Positions 43,272 through 51,883 of a stretch of 64,000 nt of DNA are shown here, one piece after another. The stretch is from Candidatus Saccharimonadota bacterium. GTDB taxonomy: Bacteria > Patescibacteriota > Saccharimonadia > Saccharimonadales > Saccharimonadaceae. Below the pieces are notes generated by a model that saw only the letters and a list, made by a program, of their open reading frames with translations, had not been told where the DNA came from and did no database searches. The translations under genes were made by a program, and so were the position numbers. The number at the start of each line of letters is the position of its first letter. The stretch's first letter is position 1. Location: contig WRNW01000001.1 in assembly GCA_009776375.1 (NCBI GenBank), positions 34,600 through 98,599 on the forward strand. The letters run 5' to 3'.

Positions 43272-43837
43272 GAAATTTCCCCTCTCTGGCGCAGGCGTTT
43301 CCGAGCCAGTAGAACTAACTTGGCGACGTCCTCATAGGCGATTTTATCCACAGCTTCGTCAAAGTCAAACCATCTCACATCGCGCATCCATTCTTCCTTT
43401 TTTGGCGTATCGTTTTTGCCAGCTTTGAACAGATAAGTTTGCATGTTAATAATCACTAACGAATTGATCCGACGATAGCGAAAGTTGACTTTGCCGAGCC
43501 AGCAAACTGGTTCGATGTCGAATAATCCGACTTCTTCGCTAATTTCGCGAATCGCCGATTCTTGAGCGGTTTCGCCTTCTTCGATGTGACCTTTGGGGAT
43601 GGTCCAGCGATCGCGGACGTCCTGGAACAGAACAATTTGCAATTTTCCCGCTTTAGTGATGCGATACACCACACCACCAGCTTCGGCCTCGCGGACAATT
43701 TCGTTGATGGCTGGTTTATTGCGCCGAAACGGCCGCGTCAGCTTGGCAAAACCGCTTTCGCCCGTATCATTTTCGTTGCGAATCGTTGTCAAATCTGGCG
43801 CCGCGTCTCCGGCATGTTTGTCGTTAGTCTCGGTCAT
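43268..43837 (-). CDS. NUDIX hydrolase
   Basis: GHIEEGETAQESAIREISEEVGL. Confidence 0.85.
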   Translation of the reverse strand: MTETNDKHAGDAAPDLTTIRNENDTGESGFAKLTRPFRRNKPAINEIVREAEAGGVVYRITKAGKLQIVLFQDVRDRWTIPKGHIEEGETAQESAIREISEEVGLFDIEPVCWLGKVNFRYRRINSLVIINMQTYLFKAGKNDTPKKEEWMRDVRWFDFDEAVDKIAYEDVAKLVLLARKRLRQRGEIS

Positions 43838-44278
43838 CTACTTTTCCTCTCCGTTCGTCTGGCGCCAAAGTGTCCCGAGCACGCCGTTGACGAACCGCGA
43901 GGAGTTTTCCGAACCGAATGATTTAGCCAGCTCGACCGCCTCATTGATAGCCACTTTGGGTGGTACCAATTTAGTCATGTTGGCTAGTTCATAGGCCGCC
44001 ATGCGCAGAATCTGATGATCAATTAGGGCGATCTGATTGAGCGGCCATTCGGGCGCGACTGGCGCTAACTGGGCGTCTAATTCTTTCGCCGTTTTGATCA
44101 CGCCACGCGTCAATTTTTTGACAAATGCTTTGTCGTCGATTTTCTCGTCGTAACGTTCCAAATTACGCGTCAAAATCTCGTCCAGATCGACGCTATCATC
44201 GCCCAATCTTCGTCGAAAATCGTACTCGTAAAGTGTTTGCAGGGCGATAATCCTACCCAGGTGCCGATTGCTTGCCAT
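43838..44278 (-). CDS. nusB: transcription antitermination factor NusB
   Basis: RIIALQTLYEYDF, ILRMAAYEL, INEAVELAK. Confidence 0.85.
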   Translation of the reverse strand: MASNRHLGRIIALQTLYEYDFRRRLGDDSVDLDEILTRNLERYDEKIDDKAFVKKLTRGVIKTAKELDAQLAPVAPEWPLNQIALIDHQILRMAAYELANMTKLVPPKVAINEAVELAKSFGSENSSRFVNGVLGTLWRQTNGEEK

Positions 44279-44329
44279 TTTAGGAAAACTCCTCTTAGCT
44301 TAATCTATTATTAAAGTTCGTTTAGAAGG

Positions 44330-44479
44330 TTATTTCGCCTTTTTACCGGTCTCGCGTTTAGTTGTGGTGGCTTTGATCGGTGATCTAGCGTTGACTCGGC
44401 GCGCTAATTTCAGCACCAGGTGGCTGCGACGCAGGCCGGTTTTTCGTGGGCTGGACTGTTTTTTTGGCTCACTACTCAT
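44330..44479 (-). CDS. rpmF: small basic protein, probably 50S ribosomal protein L32
   Basis: Below the ORF-track size cutoff. MSSEPKKQSSPRKTGLRRSHLVLKLARRVNARSPIKATTTKRETGKKAK; the PKK..S..R...RRSH block resembles the L32 N-terminus. GAGAGGAG RBS. Confidence 0.5.
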   Translation of the reverse strand: MSSEPKKQSSPRKTGLRRSHLVLKLARRVNARSPIKATTTKRETGKKAK

Positions 44480-44544
44480 TTTTCTCCTCTCGTTTATCTG
44501 CCTTTATTCTACTACAAAACGAGCGACAAGCCAAGTATCTAATC

Positions 44545-47064
44545 TCAGGATTTAACCACGATATTGATAATTTTCTCTGGTACATAGATGATTTTGGCGG
44601 GAATTTCGTCGTTGGTAAATTTGGCGACGTTGTCGAGCGCCAGCGCCGCCCGCTCAATATCAGGTTGTGCCGCGTCGGTATCGACAGTGATTTCGCCGCG
44701 CAACTTACCGTTCACTTGAACAGCGATCGTCATTTGACTGTCGGTCAGATAGTTTTCGTCGTACCGTGGCCAATCGGTCGTTTCAATCGAGTTTTGATTT
44801 CCCAACTGTTCGTACAGTTCACTAGCGATATGCGGTGCGAATGGCGCTAGTAGCTCGAGCAATGTTTCCAAGTTAGCGCGACTAACTTTGGCTGGATTTT
44901 TGCTCAGCACGTTCAAGTATTCCATTAGTCCCGCGATTGCTGTGTTAAAGTTCATCTTGTCCAGATCGTCGGTGATCTTTTTGATAGTCCGATGTTCGGC
45001 GCGCAATAGTTCATCGTCCGCTTTGATCGCTGGTTTTTCTTTAACCTGTTGTGTCAGATTCCAAACCCGGGTTAAAAAGCGATAACAGCCGGCGACCGCT
45101 TCTGGGCTCCACGGTGTTGTTTGATCATACGGCGCCAGAAAAGTCACCCCCAGGCGCGCCGCGTCGGCACCATAACCACTGTTAATAATCTCTGTCGGAT
45201 CAACCACGTTACCCAAGGATTTTGACATTTTACGCCCATCGGCCGCCAAAATTATCCCCTGCCCTCGTCGAGCGGCGTAGGGCTCAGGTGTCGGCACTAA
45301 TCCTTGATCATAGAGGAATTGATGATGGAATCGCGAATAGAGGAGATGCAGAGTAGTGTGTTCCATGCCGCCGAGATAGAGATCAACCATATCCCAATAT
45401 TTTAACTTCTCGGGGTCGGCAAAAACTTTATCATTATGCGCGTCATAATAGCGCAGATAATACCAGTTTGACCCCGCCCAATTCGGCATCGTGTCAGTTT
45501 CGCGTTTGGCGGGTTTACCACATTTCGGGCAAGTCGTCTTGACCCAAGATTCAATCCTCGATAAAGGTGACTCGCCATCATCGGTCGGTTCGTAATGCTC
45601 AACTGCTGGTAGCTCAACCGGCAAATCCTTTTCAGGCACCGGCACCGCACCGCACTTATCACAATGAATAATCGGGATCGGTTCGCCCCAATAGCGTTGG
45701 CGGGAATAGACCCAGTCGCGGAGTTTGTACTGAGTTTTTCGCTTGGCCACGCCGCGCTCGATCAACCAATTGGTGATTGTTTTACTAGCTTCGGTTGAAT
45801 TTAGACCATTAAACTCACCAGAATTAACCATCGTACCTTCATCTAAATAGGCGGTTTTAGTTATATCGCCACCGCTGACAACTTCGGTGATTGGTAAATT
45901 AAATTTAGTCGCAAATTCGTAGTCACGTTCGTCGTGCGCCGGGACGGCCATGATTGCGCCGGTGCCGTAGCCCATCAAAACGTAATCGGCGATCCAGATC
46001 GGGATTTTTTCGTTTGTCGCTGGGTTGATGGCATACGCACCGGTCGGTACACCGGTTTTTTCGCGATCGGTTTCCTGACGTTCGATTTCGGATTTCCCCT
46101 CAACCGCGCGGATATAAGTCCCGACTTCGTCCTTTTGCTCTAGCGTGGTGATTTTTTGGACTAACGGGTGCTCTGGTGCCAAGACCATAAAAGTCGCGCC
46201 GAAAATCGTGTCGGGGCGGGTGGTGAAAACTTTGATCAGATTGTCATCCCTCACCACTTTTTCGGAAAGTGGTGAGGGATCCAGTGTGGTTTTTTGGCTG
46301 GATTGCTCTTGCCCAGCACCTGTTTCGCTAGAAACTGGTGCTGTGGTCGCTTCGCTCGCAATGACGAAGTCGATTTCTGCGCCTTCGCTACGACCAACCC
46401 AATTAATCTGTTGATCGGCGATGCGGGCGGGATAATCAACATTTTCTAAACCATCGATCAGCCGTTCGGCGTAATCGGTAATCCGCAGCATCCATTGCTT
46501 CAACATTTTTTTCTCGACCAAGTTTTCGCAACGTTCGTGACGACCATTAATCACTTCTTCGTTAGCCAAACCAGTTTTACAAAATGGACACCAGTTGATG
46601 GCGATTTCGTCCTGATAGGCCAATCCCGCGCGGTAAAATTGCAAAAACATCCACTGTGTCCAGCGGTAAAATTCCGGGTCGGTGGTGCTAAAACTCCGAT
46701 TCCAATCGATCGAACAACCCATCGCGTCGAATTGACGACGCATGTTGGCGGTGTTCTGTTTGGTCGCAATTTGCGGCGAGATTTTATTTTTAATCGCAAA
46801 GTTTTCGGTCGGTAGGCCAAATGCATCATAACCCATCGGAAATAACACGTTAAAACCATTCGCTCGTTTGTAGCGCGCGATGATATCGCCGAGCGTATAT
46901 TCGCGCAAATGTCCCATATGTAATCCCGTGCCCGAAGGATAAGGAAACTCCGTCAAGATCGTAAATTTCGGCCGATCAGAAAAATCTTCGGCCGTATGTG
47001 TGCTAGAATTCGACCAAATCTTTTGCCATTTCGGCTCCACCTCGCTGGGATTGTAGCGTTTCAT
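44545..47064 (-). CDS. leuS: leucine--tRNA ligase
   Basis: HMGH (HIGH) and KMSKS motifs and the TTRPDT editing-domain block; carries a 123-bp composite palindromic insert. Confidence 0.95.
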   Translation of the reverse strand: MKRYNPSEVEPKWQKIWSNSSTHTAEDFSDRPKFTILTEFPYPSGTGLHMGHLREYTLGDIIARYKRANGFNVLFPMGYDAFGLPTENFAIKNKISPQIATKQNTANMRRQFDAMGCSIDWNRSFSTTDPEFYRWTQWMFLQFYRAGLAYQDEIAINWCPFCKTGLANEEVINGRHERCENLVEKKMLKQWMLRITDYAERLIDGLENVDYPARIADQQINWVGRSEGAEIDFVIASEATTAPVSSETGAGQEQSSQKTTLDPSPLSEKVVRDDNLIKVFTTRPDTIFGATFMVLAPEHPLVQKITTLEQKDEVGTYIRAVEGKSEIERQETDREKTGVPTGAYAINPATNEKIPIWIADYVLMGYGTGAIMAVPAHDERDYEFATKFNLPITEVVSGGDITKTAYLDEGTMVNSGEFNGLNSTEASKTITNWLIERGVAKRKTQYKLRDWVYSRQRYWGEPIPIIHCDKCGAVPVPEKDLPVELPAVEHYEPTDDGESPLSRIESWVKTTCPKCGKPAKRETDTMPNWAGSNWYYLRYYDAHNDKVFADPEKLKYWDMVDLYLGGMEHTTLHLLYSRFHHQFLYDQGLVPTPEPYAARRGQGIILAADGRKMSKSLGNVVDPTEIINSGYGADAARLGVTFLAPYDQTTPWSPEAVAGCYRFLTRVWNLTQQVKEKPAIKADDELLRAEHRTIKKITDDLDKMNFNTAIAGLMEYLNVLSKNPAKVSRANLETLLELLAPFAPHIASELYEQLGNQNSIETTDWPRYDENYLTDSQMTIAVQVNGKLRGEITVDTDAAQPDIERAALALDNVAKFTNDEIPAKIIYVPEKIINIVVKS
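46243..46365 (-). repeat. composite palindromic in-frame element (123 bp) in leuS
   Basis: Left module GTCATCCCTCACCAC...GTGGTGAGGGATCC. Right half shares the GATTGCTCTTGCCCAGCACCTG...CTGGTGCTGTGGTCG module with pheT and ends CTCGCAATGAC. Confidence 0.75.
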
Positions 47065-47071
47065 AACTAAG

Positions 47072-47080
47072 ATTATAACA
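47072..47080 (-). promoter_or_regulatory. extended -10 TGTTATAAT, 7 nt from the leuS ATG
   Basis: Read from sequence. Confidence 0.55.
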
Positions 47081-47084
47081 CAGA

Positions 47085-48392
47085 TTAATCATCGTGTTTA
47101 ATCTGTCTGATCGATTCGATCCAAGCGTTTTTCCTGGCTAGCCATTCTTCATCCTGGCGGACTAACCACGGTCCTTGGGCAACCGGATCGCGGAGGAGAA
47201 TTTTGACAGCTTCCTCGGCAAAGACACCGTTCTGCGATCCTTTGGCGAGAACAATACCGCCCTTTTCGAGGATTTTATTAGCAAAAGCACCCGCTGAAAT
47301 TGGATCAGGAAAAGTCGCGACCTGACACCCGTTGGCTTTGGCGGCTGGCGCCAAATGTTGTTCGGCCTCCGCACCGATGGTGATCACCCAGCTAAGGAAA
47401 TTAGGATCACATTGCGCACCAACCGCCGCGTGATACTGCGCCGAATCTGGACCTAGTTCATTCATCGAACCAAGAATCGCCACCCGTTGTGGAGCGTCGA
47501 TTAAATAGAGCGTTCGGAGGGCCGCAATCGCCGCGCTCGGATTCGAATTATAAGTATCGTCAATAATTATCGTTCCACGGACACCGTGGAGGACATTCAT
47601 GCGACCCGGTACGGGTTTGATTTGTGGCAGAGCAGTCGCGATTTCTGCTGCATTCATACCAAGCTTCGCCGCCACAACGGCCGCCGCGAGAGCGGATTTT
47701 AGAACATGTTCACCAACCAGATGGACTGTCGATTCGACACCGTTCGGAAACTCCGGCCCAATAAATTTAATATTGTAGCCAGTTAGCGCCGTACCACCAG
47801 TTATCTCGAAACGATATTCTCCACCTTCTAATCCGTAATTCGTAATGTTGGTGGTTTCGGCGAACTGAGCAAATCGCGCATCGACGTCATCGCGGTTAAT
47901 AATCGTTAAGCCAGAATATCTCGCTACGGTTAGTTCTTCGCGCGCAACTGCATCCAGGCCGCCCGGGAAATTTTCTAGATGTTCTGGCGCCACGGCCGTC
48001 ACCACCGCGATATCGGGACGAAGATATTTCTGGTAATGCGCAATCTCGCCCGGTCGATCGGTGGCGAGTTCTTGAACCACTACTTCGACGTTGGTTTTCG
48101 ACCTGATCCGCTGACGCATAGTTTTGAAAACCCGATGCCAAGTACCGATTTTTTTCAACGCCGAAAACGGTGGGTACTCAACCCCGACAATGCCGAACGG
48201 TACGCTGAGTTGATCGTTTAGATTACCACGACTAGCGACGACGCGAAACTTGGTCGACAGCACCGTGGCGATGGCACTTTTGGTGGTCGTTTTGCCAACC
48301 GAACCAACTACTACCACCAATTTCGGGCGATGCTTTTTTAAATAGCGACGGGCGTATTTTTCCAATTTTCTTTGGATGTGCTGTTTAAACAT
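47085..48392 (-). CDS. murF: Mur ligase, MurF-like (UDP-MurNAc-tripeptide--D-Ala-D-Ala ligase)
   Basis: GSVGKTTTKS P-loop and GNLNDQLSVPF. Confidence 0.7.
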   Translation of the reverse strand: MFKQHIQRKLEKYARRYLKKHRPKLVVVVGSVGKTTTKSAIATVLSTKFRVVASRGNLNDQLSVPFGIVGVEYPPFSALKKIGTWHRVFKTMRQRIRSKTNVEVVVQELATDRPGEIAHYQKYLRPDIAVVTAVAPEHLENFPGGLDAVAREELTVARYSGLTIINRDDVDARFAQFAETTNITNYGLEGGEYRFEITGGTALTGYNIKFIGPEFPNGVESTVHLVGEHVLKSALAAAVVAAKLGMNAAEIATALPQIKPVPGRMNVLHGVRGTIIIDDTYNSNPSAAIAALRTLYLIDAPQRVAILGSMNELGPDSAQYHAAVGAQCDPNFLSWVITIGAEAEQHLAPAAKANGCQVATFPDPISAGAFANKILEKGGIVLAKGSQNGVFAEEAVKILLRDPVAQGPWLVRQDEEWLARKNAWIESIRQIKHDD

Positions 48393-48398
48393 AAACTT

Positions 48399-48407
48399 AT
48401 TGTATCA
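48399..48407 (-). promoter_or_regulatory. extended -10 TGATACAAT, 6 nt from the murF ATG
   Basis: Read from sequence. Confidence 0.55.
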
Positions 48408-48411
48408 TCTT

Positions 48412-50736
48412 TTAAGGTTCAGATAAAACTACTAATTTTCTGACCGCTGTCACTGCGACAGCGCCAATTAAACCAATCACCAGAGTTAGCGGTAAAATTG
48501 ATAAATCGAGTGCATAATTAAAGTGCGTGGCGATCGGTGAAAGAATAATCGCCACAAAAGCCGCCGCGCAAGCGATGATTAGACCGAGTTTCCAACCCCG
48601 CAGTGGCCGCGCGAGGAGGATCAAGACTTGAATCACAATCATCATCACGACGATTGACACACTCGTGCCAGCCACGTCCATCGACATATCGCGATGATTC
48701 ACTAAAGCGTAATTAACCATCATAGCGATCGCCGCGATCACACCGACAGGGACAGCAAATTTGAGCACCCGTTTTAAAAAGCCCGCGCGGTAAATCGTCT
48801 GATTCGGCGCCAACGCCAAACAGAACGCCGGAATACCAATCGACAGAGTCGAAATAATCGCCATTTGCGCTGGCAAATACGGATAAGTCATCCCCGCCAC
48901 CGTAACCGCTAGCGCCAGGGTCAACGAATAGACGTTCTTGATGATAAAGAGATTAGCCACTCGTTCAATGTTGGCGATGACGCGGCGACCTTCGTTTAGG
49001 ACGTCCGGCAAATGCGAAAATTTATTATCGAGTAGGACGATCTCGGCAACCGCTTTGGTGGCGGCCGAACCAGAATTCATGGCGATACCGAGGTCAGCTT
49101 TCTTGAGCGCCAGCGCGTCGTTGACCCCATCACCAGTCATCGCCACCACGTGACCTTGACTTTGCAAAGCCGCTGCAATCGCGCGTTTCTGTTCAGGTTG
49201 AACGCGACCAAAAACGTTATAGGTTTGGATAATTTCCGCAAACTTGGACGCCTGTTTTTTTGGATCCGGTAATTGGCGAGCGTCGAAAACTTTGACATTT
49301 TCTAGGCCGACCGCTCGAGCGACTGCACCGACGGTCAGCGGCGCATCGCCCGAAATGACTTTAATATCAACCTTTTGTTCGGCAAAATAAGTTAAAGTTT
49401 GGGCCGCATCATCGCGAATTTTCTCGCTCAAAACGACTAGAGCGCAAGGGGTTAAGGATGTAGGCAAACGATCGGCGGTCGGTGCCGTTTTGGACGAAGC
49501 CAGCATTAACACTCGTTTGCCCTGCCGGGTGATACCGGGAATCTGGCTGCACAAGCTATGTTTGAGCTGGTTTTTGAACAAAATCTCTGGCGCACCGAGC
49601 AGCCAATGCTGATCATCACTAGAAATCGCACTCCACTTGCGCGCCGAACTAAACGGCACTTCGTGGCTAAATTTGAGCAACTTGGCGTGATCTAGGGCCG
49701 CCTCGATCGCATCGTTGGTCGGTGATTTAGCTCGCCTGGCCATCGTCACTAGAACACGTTCGATCGTTTCGCTGGGTCGTCCGTCTTCGGCCAAAATGAC
49801 CGCTTCAAAACGAATATTACCTTCGGTCAGAGTGCCGGTTTTATCGAGCAGTAGCGTATCAACACGCGCCAAAGTTTCGACAGCTGGCATTTGTTGGACG
49901 AGAACCTTGCGTCGCGCTAGAGCGATGGTCGCCAGCATAAACGCCGCCGATGTCAAGAGCACCAATCCTTCGGGAATCATCCCGACAATCGCCGCAGTCG
50001 CGTGGATAATCGCATCGCGCCAGTCACCGAAATCAATCCGTAGTTGGCCAAACACCAAAATCGGCGCGACAATCACCAGTAGCCAAGAAATCCATTTCAA
50101 GAGCTGATTGGTACTGTCGATCAATTCGCTGCTCGCCCGTTGAAACTTTTTCGCCTGAATGGTTAGTTGTGATGAATAAGCGGTCGCGCCGACTTTTTCC
50201 GCCCGCATCAAACCACGACCAGCCACGACGATTGAACCGCTGAGGACCGGGTCGCCTACGCCCTTGACAATTGGATCAGATTCGCCGGTCAGGAGACTTT
50301 CGTCGATTTCGAGTTCTTCACTATCCACGATTTCCCCATCAGCGACAATTTGATCACCGAGACCAAGGACGATAGTGTCGTCCTGGACTACTTCATCTAC
50401 CTGGATTTCTTGTTTTTTACTGTCGCGAATAACGACGATCCGCGGAGTCGCCAAAATCGCTAGTTTGTCCAGAGTGTATTTGGCACGTAGTTCCTGGAAA
50501 ATGCCGACACCGCTGTTGATAATCATCGCCAGGCCAAACAGAGCGTTGAGCGGTGAACCATCAATCGCTATCACAGCTACCGCTAGCACGGCCAGCAGGG
50601 CATTAAATCGCGTTAAAATATTGGCGCGCAAAATATCAGTCAGCGAGCGCGACGATTTATCGGGCACCAAATTAATCAAACCGTCCCGCTCGCGCTCACG
50701 CACCTCGGTCGATGATAAACCGGAAAACTTCTTCAC
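48412..50736 (-). CDS. cation-transporting P-type ATPase
   Basis: TGES, DKTGTLT, TGDGVNDA; GTG start. Confidence 0.9.
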   Translation of the reverse strand: MKKFSGLSSTEVRERERDGLINLVPDKSSRSLTDILRANILTRFNALLAVLAVAVIAIDGSPLNALFGLAMIINSGVGIFQELRAKYTLDKLAILATPRIVVIRDSKKQEIQVDEVVQDDTIVLGLGDQIVADGEIVDSEELEIDESLLTGESDPIVKGVGDPVLSGSIVVAGRGLMRAEKVGATAYSSQLTIQAKKFQRASSELIDSTNQLLKWISWLLVIVAPILVFGQLRIDFGDWRDAIIHATAAIVGMIPEGLVLLTSAAFMLATIALARRKVLVQQMPAVETLARVDTLLLDKTGTLTEGNIRFEAVILAEDGRPSETIERVLVTMARRAKSPTNDAIEAALDHAKLLKFSHEVPFSSARKWSAISSDDQHWLLGAPEILFKNQLKHSLCSQIPGITRQGKRVLMLASSKTAPTADRLPTSLTPCALVVLSEKIRDDAAQTLTYFAEQKVDIKVISGDAPLTVGAVARAVGLENVKVFDARQLPDPKKQASKFAEIIQTYNVFGRVQPEQKRAIAAALQSQGHVVAMTGDGVNDALALKKADLGIAMNSGSAATKAVAEIVLLDNKFSHLPDVLNEGRRVIANIERVANLFIIKNVYSLTLALAVTVAGMTYPYLPAQMAIISTLSIGIPAFCLALAPNQTIYRAGFLKRVLKFAVPVGVIAAIAMMVNYALVNHRDMSMDVAGTSVSIVVMMIVIQVLILLARPLRGWKLGLIIACAAAFVAIILSPIATHFNYALDLSILPLTLVIGLIGAVAVTAVRKLVVLSEP

Positions 50737-50743
50737 ATTAACT

Positions 50744-50752
50744 ATTGTACCA
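50744..50752 (-). promoter_or_regulatory. extended -10 TGGTACAAT, 7 nt from the ATPase GTG
   Basis: Read from sequence. Confidence 0.5.
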
Positions 50753-50779
50753 GATTACACGCCGAATAAATTGAATAAT

Positions 50780-51703
50780 CTACGCTAGTAGCAACCCCAG
50801 CATAATCGGCAATGTCACTATCGACATCAATGTGCTCACCACCACTAATTCGCTGGCTCTGACCGAATCTCCGCCGTATTTTTCCGCGAATAGCCCTAGG
50901 CTCGTTGCCGTCGGTAGCGCCTGCAGCAGCACCATCATAGCCGCAACTTCCACCGGAAAATTAAACAACTTCATTAGGCCAAATGCTACTAACGGACCGA
51001 GCGTTAATTGTATCGCCGCTGTTAAAAACAGCTTCCATTTTTTCACTAAAGTACGAAAATTCGCCCGGCTCAACATAAATCCTATACAGAGTAGCGACAG
51101 CGGCGTCATAATCGCCGCCACGTATGAGATTGCACCATTGACTTGATCCGGTAATTTTAGCGAAAATATAAAGAAGATTGTTCCTAGTAGCACCGCGATG
51201 ATATTCGGATTAGTTAGGGTTGATTTGACTAGTTGCTTGTCTAGTTTGCGCTTGAACAGATACACTCCATAGCCAAATAACGCCAAGTTAAACACTAGGA
51301 TGAATCCGCAATACGGCAACATGCCCTCTTGTCCATAAATTGCCAGTACTAACGGATAGCCCAGGAAACTCGCGTTGTTAAATATTAATGCAAATTGTCC
51401 TTGATATGATGCTTCCTTGTCAAACAGTTTTTTGTTAAATAGCAGCCTGCCAATCACGATCAAACTCCCCAGCACCAGCGCCCCACCACCCAGACCGAGC
51501 AGGAACTGCCCTAGGAGTTCTGGATCAAACTCCTGTGGATAGGCTCTAAACAGCGCACACGGCCAAGCCACCGTCAGCAGCAAATTGATCAAATGTTTGT
51601 TGGCTTCCGTTGTGATAATCTTTGTTTTGCCAAGGACAAATCCCAGTACAATAATAAGTCCTACCGTCACCAAGCTTGAATAAAAAATGTTTAGATCAAT
51701 CAC
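50780..51703 (-). CDS. AEC (auxin efflux carrier)-family transporter
   Basis: About 10 TM helices in two halves; GTG start. Confidence 0.6.
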   Translation of the reverse strand: MIDLNIFYSSLVTVGLIIVLGFVLGKTKIITTEANKHLINLLLTVAWPCALFRAYPQEFDPELLGQFLLGLGGGALVLGSLIVIGRLLFNKKLFDKEASYQGQFALIFNNASFLGYPLVLAIYGQEGMLPYCGFILVFNLALFGYGVYLFKRKLDKQLVKSTLTNPNIIAVLLGTIFFIFSLKLPDQVNGAISYVAAIMTPLSLLCIGFMLSRANFRTLVKKWKLFLTAAIQLTLGPLVAFGLMKLFNFPVEVAAMMVLLQALPTATSLGLFAEKYGGDSVRASELVVVSTLMSIVTLPIMLGLLLA

Positions 51704-51709
51704 CTGCTC

Positions 51710-51718
51710 ATTTTAGCA
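51710..51718 (-). promoter_or_regulatory. extended -10 TGCTAAAAT, 6 nt from the AEC transporter GTG
   Basis: Read from sequence. Confidence 0.5.
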
Positions 51719-51730
51719 CGAGCGATTAGG

Positions 51731-51759
51731 TTGCGCAAGCTGGCGAAATTTGCTATTAT
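51731..51759 (+). promoter_or_regulatory. promoter TTGCGC-17-TGCTATTAT for tRNA-Ala and the SGNH hydrolase
   Basis: -35 at 51731-51736 and -10 at 51754-51759. Confidence 0.55.
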
Positions 51760-51781
51760 ATCCCTGTTCTTTTCAAAATGT

Positions 51782-51857
51782 GGGGTATTAGCTCAGTTGG
51801 TAGAGCGCATGGTTCGCAATCATGAGGTCGGCGGTTCGAGGCCGCCATACTCCACCA
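51782..51857 (+). tRNA. tRNA-Ala (anticodon CGC)
   Basis: 76-nt cloverleaf: GGGGTAT acceptor with a G3:U70 pair, anticodon loop TTCGCAA, encoded CCA. Confidence 0.9.
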
Positions 51858-51883
51858 AGCACTTTAAATTAAAGGAGGGTTCG

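Noticed and set aside
51731-51883. N-terminal 51 codons of track ORF 51731-53029.
   Set aside because: This stretch overlaps the tRNA-Ala gene and its promoter. A GTG start with AAGGAGG at 51884 gives a normal signal peptide.
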